From: a virus
Virus record (IMG/VR): IMGVR_UViG_3300018080_000001
Location: 32,001-96,000 of that record
Direction: 5' to 3' (one strand)
Length of the DNA: 64,000 nucleotides
Shown: positions 58,439 to 64,000 of the stretch, piece after piece
Layout: each line of letters starts with the position of its first letter
Numbering within the stretch: the first letter of the stretch is position 1
Program-made: the position numbers and the translations under genes
The notes under the pieces: generated by a model
Databases searched by the model: none
Seen by the model: the letters and a program-made list of their open reading frames with translations, nothing else
Told to the model about the DNA's origin: nothing

Positions 58439-59503
58439 TTACCAAACCAATGAAAATGGTCCTACTGGATCTACGTATCGTATATCCATTGTCTGTTGTA
58501 CTATCACATAGGCAAAAGGATCTGAAGGTGACCAACTTGTAACCTTATATCTAGATCCTGTTTGCACACCATCTTTTATCTCAAACAAAACTTTATTATC
58601 TTTTACATATTCATCTTCAGACCCTATTTCAATTGTAGGATCAAATAAAGAAAATCCCGCCGTCCACACTTTTAAATTATCTTGAACAGGCAAATCCGCG
58701 TGCTCACCCTTAGTATTCCTACTAATAGGAATTGAACGCATCAATAATACCCAAGGTCCAAATCTGTACTCTCCACAATCGGATTTTTCCGAATCTGCAC
58801 CACCTAAAGCATCTCCAGAAGATAAATCAATCCTCGCATATCTTGCTCTAACTATCTCAAATGCAGGAGTTATTATACTGGTGGTATCCCGCGTTAATGT
58901 AGCTTTAAACCTTATATTACCGGAAGAAGGATTTACTGTAGCGAGATTGTCTATATCATCCCAAATAATACCGGAATCCAAAGAATATTCAACAACGACA
59001 TTAGATTGTCCTTCAATACGGACAAATGATAAAGCCTGTGATTCCCAAGTAGATCCAAAAGCTGTTCGACTAAATGATTTATCTCCTGATTCTATAGTAC
59101 CTGAAGTAGAAGTAGAAGTTAAAACAACTTTCGCCGATTTGAAAGTCTTTGTTATTTCAACTCCTGTAAGAGTTACATCAGAATCCGTAGCCGACATCCA
59201 CACAGTATCATAACCAAATTTTAAATAACCAGGAACATACCTCTCACCATAGCAAGAGCCACATTTGGCGTCTGATTGCTTATTGGATTGTTTATAACAA
59301 GCGCATTCATTACCACTTTTGACGCCCATCCACATATCAGATCGGATTCCCCCCGCAAGAATCTGCTCTATCAACAATGCTCTTTGAGAGGCATGTTCCT
59401 GTTCTGCTTTTACATGTTTGAAAATATCACGAGACCAAGATCCTGTGGCCATATGACCAAGACCTTCGCAACCATCCGCACCAAACCTACTCCAGCATAC
59501 CAT
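58439..59503 (-). CDS. Putative head-closure/neck protein
   Basis: G..CAC...D.KC.SCYG...V.GY zinc motif typical of head-tail joining proteins; position upstream of the tail genes. Confidence 0.55.
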   Translation of the reverse strand: MVCWSRFGADGCEGLGHMATGSWSRDIFKHVKAEQEHASQRALLIEQILAGGIRSDMWMGVKSGNECACYKQSNKQSDAKCGSCYGERYVPGYLKFGYDTVWMSATDSDVTLTGVEITKTFKSAKVVLTSTSTSGTIESGDKSFSRTAFGSTWESQALSFVRIEGQSNVVVEYSLDSGIIWDDIDNLATVNPSSGNIRFKATLTRDTTSIITPAFEIVRARYARIDLSSGDALGGADSEKSDCGEYRFGPWVLLMRSIPISRNTKGEHADLPVQDNLKVWTAGFSLFDPTIEIGSEDEYVKDNKVLFEIKDGVQTGSRYKVTSWSPSDPFAYVIVQQTMDIRYVDPVGPFSLVW

Positions 59504-59679
59504 TATCTTCTCTCAAATGTTTCCTCTATAATCTCGTGTAAGCTTGTATTTTCATAATCGGAATCTTCTAATTTAGCTTTAAAATCTTCCCATTTATCAG
59601 GATCTAATAAATTAATAAAAAATATATTATCATCTTCAGTATCATTATTTAAATTAACTTTTTTATTGTTTATTATCAT
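59503..59679 (-). CDS. 58-aa acidic hypothetical protein (below the ORF-track cutoff)
   Basis: MIINNKKVNLNNDTEDD...IIEETFERR; TAATG coupling to the next gene. Confidence 0.55.
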   Translation of the reverse strand: MIINNKKVNLNNDTEDDNIFFINLLDPDKWEDFKAKLEDSDYENTSLHEIIEETFERR

Positions 59680-59692
59680 TAATAAAAATTAA

Positions 59693-60028
59693 TTACCAAT
59701 TCATGGTTTGAGCAAGAATATAATCTTCCTCATTCATCCAATCAGGAACCTCTTTTAAAAGATCATCTGCCTCGTCTCCCTGAAAAAACCATCCGTCATC
59801 AGGATATTCAGGATTATCAATAGCTACATAAGGAAGACCTTGATTAATCTCCACAGTCCAACCTTCAGCTCTGGCTGCTTCTGCACGTTGTTCATAATCT
59901 TTTGCCATATTTTTTATTCGTTCAGCTTTTTCAGGATCTCCACCAGCGGCTTCCATATAAATGTCTTCTTCAAATACTTGTGCTACTTTAGCAATCCTTT
60001 TGAAACCATTATCTGATATACTTTTCAT
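59693..60028 (-). CDS. Acidic protein with the shared leader (start MKSISDNG)
   Basis: AGGAG RBS before ATG 60028; SISDNGFKRIAKVAQ. Confidence 0.75.
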   Translation of the reverse strand: MKSISDNGFKRIAKVAQVFEEDIYMEAAGGDPEKAERIKNMAKDYEQRAEAARAEGWTVEINQGLPYVAIDNPEYPDDGWFFQGDEADDLLKEVPDWMNEEDYILAQTMNW

Positions 60029-60032
60029 TTTT

Positions 60033-60278
60033 CTACTCCTTATATTGAGAACAGAATTTGTTGTCACCTTCAAAATTATATTCAACAACAGGTCGTCCAT
60101 TAAATGGGCAAACATCAAATATACAAGCAAATCTTTTTTCTTTAATTACACTCATTTTCTTTATTTTTTGTAGTGTATACGTACCATTTTTTACCATTTT
60201 ACCGTACACATCAAAATCCCCTACGACACCAGGAGCTGAACAAGTGTCATCTGATAAATTATAAAATCTACAAACCAA
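60033..60278 (-). CDS. Small Cys-rich hypothetical protein
   Basis: CRFY....C...C....CP....C..Y. Confidence 0.55.
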   Translation of the reverse strand: MVCRFYNLSDDTCSAPGVVGDFDVYGKMVKNGTYTLQKIKKMSVIKEKRFACIFDVCPFNGRPVVEYNFEGDNKFCSQYKE

Positions 60279-60299
60279 ATTTTCCCCCTAATTTTTCTA

Positions 60300-61199
60300 C
60301 TATCCATTGAAATAATAATTCCTAAATAATGATCCTGTTGGTGAAGAGGCAATAAGGTTATACCACATATAGCCCATTCTCGTCTCAACACTCGCAGTAC
60401 CAGACCTTACAAATTTACGTTTAACTTCTGGTACATATTTATCTAACTCAGCTCTTAACTGATTCATCATCGGATTTAATCCTGAAAAATGCTGTAGTAC
60501 AAAACTATGACCCTGATCACTATATGAAGGTATATCGGTATCAATAGCAAATAAAGACTGCGAAGTAATACCAATATATAAAGAGGCTCGTATAAGAACA
60601 TCAGAAAATTGACTGACAGGAAAGTCATCTAAAGTATTCCAAACAGGGTACGGAGGTCTACCATTTATATAAGAAAGACCTTGCATAAGATATAAAATTA
60701 ACATACTATCACTGTACCCGATATAACAGTACTTCTCTGGAACGTTAGGTTTTATCGATTTATCAATCATCAAACGAAACATAGGCAAAATAGACAAAAC
60801 CTTAGGTGATACAACTTGCATCACTTGTGTTCTATATAAATTTTCTGTATTCTCATTAACTCTAGCATGCCAATTAAATAACGTAGTTCCCGACGTTGTA
60901 GTTTCATCAGGAAGCATTTTTATAGAATATTTTCCTGTAGCATCATGTCTGATACGACTAATAGTCGGTGGTGTAGGTTCTGGCCAGTAAGTATCTGTTA
61001 GTATACTCGTACCATTAGAATCAGTAACTTCTAAATCAAGAGCACCTTTAGAACCAGATGGTGTAGTTTCTTCAACTATATCCACCGGCTTACCCTCAGA
61101 ATCCAGTATAGTAACATCCACCAAACGATATGAATTAGTCCTAGCTAATTCAATCATATTCGCTACAGCAGGAACATCTAGTCCGGGTTCAATAATCAT
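60300..61199 (-). CDS. Putative head-tail adaptor/neck protein
   Basis: N-terminal Ig-like part; helical C-terminal part (SD..L..YL...LS.IN..PP, YSDQG.S). Confidence 0.55.
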   Translation of the reverse strand: MIIEPGLDVPAVANMIELARTNSYRLVDVTILDSEGKPVDIVEETTPSGSKGALDLEVTDSNGTSILTDTYWPEPTPPTISRIRHDATGKYSIKMLPDETTTSGTTLFNWHARVNENTENLYRTQVMQVVSPKVLSILPMFRLMIDKSIKPNVPEKYCYIGYSDSMLILYLMQGLSYINGRPPYPVWNTLDDFPVSQFSDVLIRASLYIGITSQSLFAIDTDIPSYSDQGHSFVLQHFSGLNPMMNQLRAELDKYVPEVKRKFVRSGTASVETRMGYMWYNLIASSPTGSLFRNYYFNG

Positions 61200-61204
61200 C
61201 GTAT

Positions 61205-61426
61205 TTAAAAAGAACTTAAATGAGTCTCCGATAAACTCTTTACTTTAGCCAGAAACTCCATGTACGCAGAATCCAACCCTTCTCGTACTTCCGCATCTAA
61301 CCAAGACGGTAGATCTTCCCAAATAGGTTCAATTGCGGTATATAAACGAGAAGAAAGACCCTCCATAGTTTGTTGTGAATTTAAACTCTTAGCCACACGA
61401 CGTAATCCCTTGTCAGAAATAGACAT
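61205..61426 (-). CDS. Small protein with the shared leader
   Basis: MSISDKGLRRVAKSLNSQ; GAAGGTG RBS. Confidence 0.7.
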   Translation of the reverse strand: MSISDKGLRRVAKSLNSQQTMEGLSSRLYTAIEPIWEDLPSWLDAEVREGLDSAYMEFLAKVKSLSETHLSSF

Positions 61427-61437
61427 ATTTCACCTTC

Positions 61438-61818
61438 CTAATCTCCTAGCAATGCCACCACCACGTTCGCATCCACTGGAGTTGCTGTAATTGTTATTGC
61501 CGTAATACCTGCCTTATAAAACATCATAGCGCCATCAGCGGCTATATTGAAAGTATCTGTGCCACCGTTTAGTACAACCTGAATAGCAGCGTCAGTACCG
61601 ACATAAACCATATCGGCAGACGCTACAGTACCAAAAGGAATCGCAACAGGTGCGCCTGTAACTATTTTATAAGAATTAGCACCACCTTCATTATAAGTTA
61701 ATTGGGGACCTGTCGTATCCGAAGATGTGATAGTAGGTGCTCCCAATATTACAGATGTATTAGCCCCACCTGTTACCGTCGGATACGCAATAGTTCCGGT
61801 TAACGTTGCTGTAGCCAT
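61438..61818 (-). CDS. Putative virion structural/decoration protein
   Basis: Thr/Ala/Gly-rich, beta-strand composition. Confidence 0.55.
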   Translation of the reverse strand: MATATLTGTIAYPTVTGGANTSVILGAPTITSSDTTGPQLTYNEGGANSYKIVTGAPVAIPFGTVASADMVYVGTDAAIQVVLNGGTDTFNIAADGAMMFYKAGITAITITATPVDANVVVALLGD

Positions 61819-61819
61819 T

Positions 61820-62290
61820 TTATATGCTCCCGTCTGTTGCCCAATTTACACCAAAAGCTAGCCCCACTGCTAATAAACCACCAGTCAAAATACCTGCAAT
61901 ATAAATAAATGTCGGCGTTTTATACCAAGCATTCTTTTCTTTCAATCTATTTTCATATACTTCGCGTTCTTTTATTCTCAAATCATGCTCAGCTTCAAAA
62001 GACAATTTCCATTTATCACTTATCTTCTCAGTGACCTCTATATTAAGTTGTTTTAATTTTATAATCTCATCTTTTAATTTTAACTCTTCCTTCAATAAGG
62101 ATATCTTCTCACGACTTATTTGTAATTCCTTAAGATCAATTAATACTCTCTTACCAATATCTAAAGAAAAAAAATAGCCTTCAGTACCCTTATAATTTAT
62201 AACCGCACGTTCTACTTTATCCGCGTAAGACACAAAAGTAAAACTAGTAATTATTATACAAACTAATAAACTTTTTATGTTTAACAACAC
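61820..62290 (-). CDS. Spanin-like secreted coiled-coil protein with a C-terminal hydrophobic segment
   Basis: Signal peptide (..SYA/D), coiled coil, WY.TP.F..GxxxG segment. Confidence 0.45.
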   Translation of the reverse strand: MLLNIKSLLVCIIITSFTFVSYADKVERAVINYKGTEGYFFSLDIGKRVLIDLKELQISREKISLLKEELKLKDEIIKLKQLNIEVTEKISDKWKLSFEAEHDLRIKEREVYENRLKEKNAWYKTPTFIYIAGILTGGLLAVGLAFGVNWATDGSI

Positions 62291-62643
62291 TAATAACCCA
62301 TGTTTTCAAACTCTTTAAGAACCTCTTCGGGTTTCATACTTTTAATTTTCTCTTTCTCAATATTTAATTTATTATCTAACTTTTCTATTTTATTATTTAT
62401 TTTAATAACTTCAGAAGTAATAAATCCTTCTTTTTCTTCTATAATCCTCTTCTCCGTATTTAAATTAGCTATTTCTGCTTGTACTCTGGCTATTTTAGCT
62501 TCTTTTCTAGCTATAAAAACTTCTTCACTATTTTTTCTTAATATAATATAACAAATAGAAACTATAACAGCTACCAAACCGGAAGCTATCCAAATAATAT
62601 TTTTCTTAATCCAATTCCAAACTTTTTTCATCTTATATATCAC
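62290..62643 (-). CDS. i-spanin-like protein
   Basis: N-terminal TM helix followed by coiled coil. Confidence 0.5.
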   Translation of the reverse strand: MIYKMKKVWNWIKKNIIWIASGLVAVIVSICYIILRKNSEEVFIARKEAKIARVQAEIANLNTEKRIIEEKEGFITSEVIKINNKIEKLDNKLNIEKEKIKSMKPEEVLKEFENMGY

Positions 62644-62849
62644 TTATAAACATATTCACTAACAATACGCATTAGCTCGTCTTCCGGTATACTCTGCAAT
62701 ATAACCTCTAAAAAAGCAGTATCACCCACTTCGTTCCTAATTTTTTCTACAAAGTTAAAAGAATCTTCAAAAATATTCTCCTGTCCTACCAACTTCAAAC
62801 TACCGGCTATCCTACCTAAAGCATTGTCCGAAATACCTTTATTCAACAT
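62640..62849 (-). CDS. Small protein with the shared leader (start MLNKGISD)
   Basis: AGGAG RBS before ATG 62849; GISDNALGRIAGSLKLVGQ. Confidence 0.65.
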   Translation of the reverse strand: MLNKGISDNALGRIAGSLKLVGQENIFEDSFNFVEKIRNEVGDTAFLEVILQSIPEDELMRIVSEYVYK

Positions 62850-63186
62850 TTTGCTCTCCTTTAACAGCATTTTCTTTTTGTTTTAAAAACAATCGTAAAA
62901 ATCTTTTAACAAATGGATATGTAGAACCAGAAACAGATCCGGCAATAATACCTAGAATAATAGATTGCGCGAGTACCTCCGTAATGCGTAATCCTGGTAC
63001 AAAAGCCAGTACCATACCAAGTAAAAATGGCATAATAGTTATAACCAATTTATAAAATTCATTTTTCTCCAATTTTGGATTAACTGTATCAACTACTTTA
63101 CGAACAATAAATAGAATTATCCCCGTAAATAAAGATATCAACCAAAAATTTAATCCTGTAAATACAGAAATTATCTCTAATTCCAT
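62839..63186 (-). CDS. Putative holin
   Basis: 115 aa, three TM segments and a basic C-terminus; upstream of the spanin-like genes. Confidence 0.6.
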   Translation of the reverse strand: MELEIISVFTGLNFWLISLFTGIILFIVRKVVDTVNPKLEKNEFYKLVITIMPFLLGMVLAFVPGLRITEVLAQSIILGIIAGSVSGSTYPFVKRFLRLFLKQKENAVKGEQNVE

Positions 63187-63196
63187 GTCCTACCTC

Positions 63197-63649
63197 CTAT
63201 AATGAATCCCCCGCGCCTTCGGATAAAAAGAAAACCAACATGGTTATGTCTGCTGCCGGTGCAGCAATTTTATTCTCAATAAAAAGAGAAATAGGTGGTC
63301 CATAAAGCATAGGTGTATTTGGATTATTCAATTTCGTAGCAGGGTATAACTTAGCATCAGTATGAATATTATTACAAATTTCAACACCGGTAAGTGTCGT
63401 GGTAGCACCTTGTTGTATCCCATTAGACAAAGTAGAAGTAGCAACAAATGGATCACCCACCCATGTACCGCCATAATAAACTTTAAAATCTATATTACCT
63501 GCTGGAAATGCGGTACCTCTAGAAGTTACAAAAATATTTATATTCTTCAATGGTGTAAGACACGGTTGATCCCATACACGAGTACTCGGAGCAGCACCTC
63601 CAGCATTAGTCAATGTGACTTCATGCACAGTCATTCTATTTTGAGCCAT
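63197..63649 (-). CDS. Putative virion structural protein
   Basis: Beta-rich, Thr/Gly/Pro-rich; AAGGAG RBS. Confidence 0.55.
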   Translation of the reverse strand: MAQNRMTVHEVTLTNAGGAAPSTRVWDQPCLTPLKNINIFVTSRGTAFPAGNIDFKVYYGGTWVGDPFVATSTLSNGIQQGATTTLTGVEICNNIHTDAKLYPATKLNNPNTPMLYGPPISLFIENKIAAPAADITMLVFFLSEGAGDSL

Positions 63650-63735
63650 GGTAAAAACTCCTTATAAAAGAATTTGAACAAACAAATCCCTAAATAAATT
63701 ATATAGTACAAGATATAGGAAGATTAAAAATATAA

Positions 63736-64000
63736 CTAGACTTGAACATGAGCCAGTTGCTTTAGCACCCAGTCTTTTGCCTTTTGATAAATCAAATGGC
63801 TCTGTAAGTACTCGTAATCAACTCGCTTCAAATTATGGGCCATACCCTCTAGCTTACGAACAAACTCATCCTCCGGAAGCATATCCGATCCGGCATCCTC
63901 ACCCTGTCGCATACAAAGACCAGTAATGGGTGGATAAATCATTTCCTGGACTTCAACAACCTCTTTCTCCGCATCTTTATCAACGTCCTTAGATAGCTTA
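63736..64000 (-). CDS. Hypothetical protein, 5' end outside the window
   Basis: The frame stays open upstream of the Met at 63942 to the window edge (KLSKDVDKDAEKEVVEVQEMIYP...). Confidence 0.6.
   Translation of the reverse strand, partial: KLSKDVDKDAEKEVVEVQEMIYPPITGLCMRQGEDAGSDMLPEDEFVRKLEGMAHNLKRVDYEYLQSHLIYQKAKDWVLKQLAHVQV

Noticed and set aside
1678-63667. All other plus-strand ORFs in the track
   Set aside because: Each lies antisense within a well-supported minus-strand gene and has no recognisable motif.
1-64000. Stop-codon reassignment
   Set aside because: Genes are full length and tightly packed under code 11, and TAA, TAG and TGA are all used as stops.

Overview
A 64-kb internal segment of a large, AT-rich, contractile-tailed (myovirus-like) dsDNA bacteriophage. 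It uses the standard genetic code, and every credible gene is on the minus strand. Read in the direction of transcription (64000 to 1), it has four blocks. (1) Head/neck accessory and lysis genes, interleaved with six small acidic proteins that share an N-terminal leader peptide. (2) A full tail module: terminator, sheath, tube, -1 frameshifted chaperone pair, two paralogous tape-measure-like genes, hub, spike, baseplate and a beta-helical fibre. (3) An accessory block with sigma70-like promoters, a DSDT-repeat lipoprotein, an HTH/RHH regulator and three DUF4116-type 22-aa repeat paralogues. (4) A replication/recombination module: UDG, RNR fragment, MTase, SNF2, MazG, DnaC, DnaB, primase, sigma-like factor, beta clamp, Pol A, DnaX, SSB-like protein, RecA and SbcD/SbcC. 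The most novel-looking signal is the shared 'ISDxGhxRI(A)K..(A/G)Q' leader on unrelated cargo proteins, a candidate capsid-targeting/ejection tag. Other strong signals are the duplicated tape measure, a CxxCx5C Fe-S-like insertion in Pol A, and the combinatorially varied capped-repeat proteins. All product calls come from motif recognition by eye; no database searches were run.
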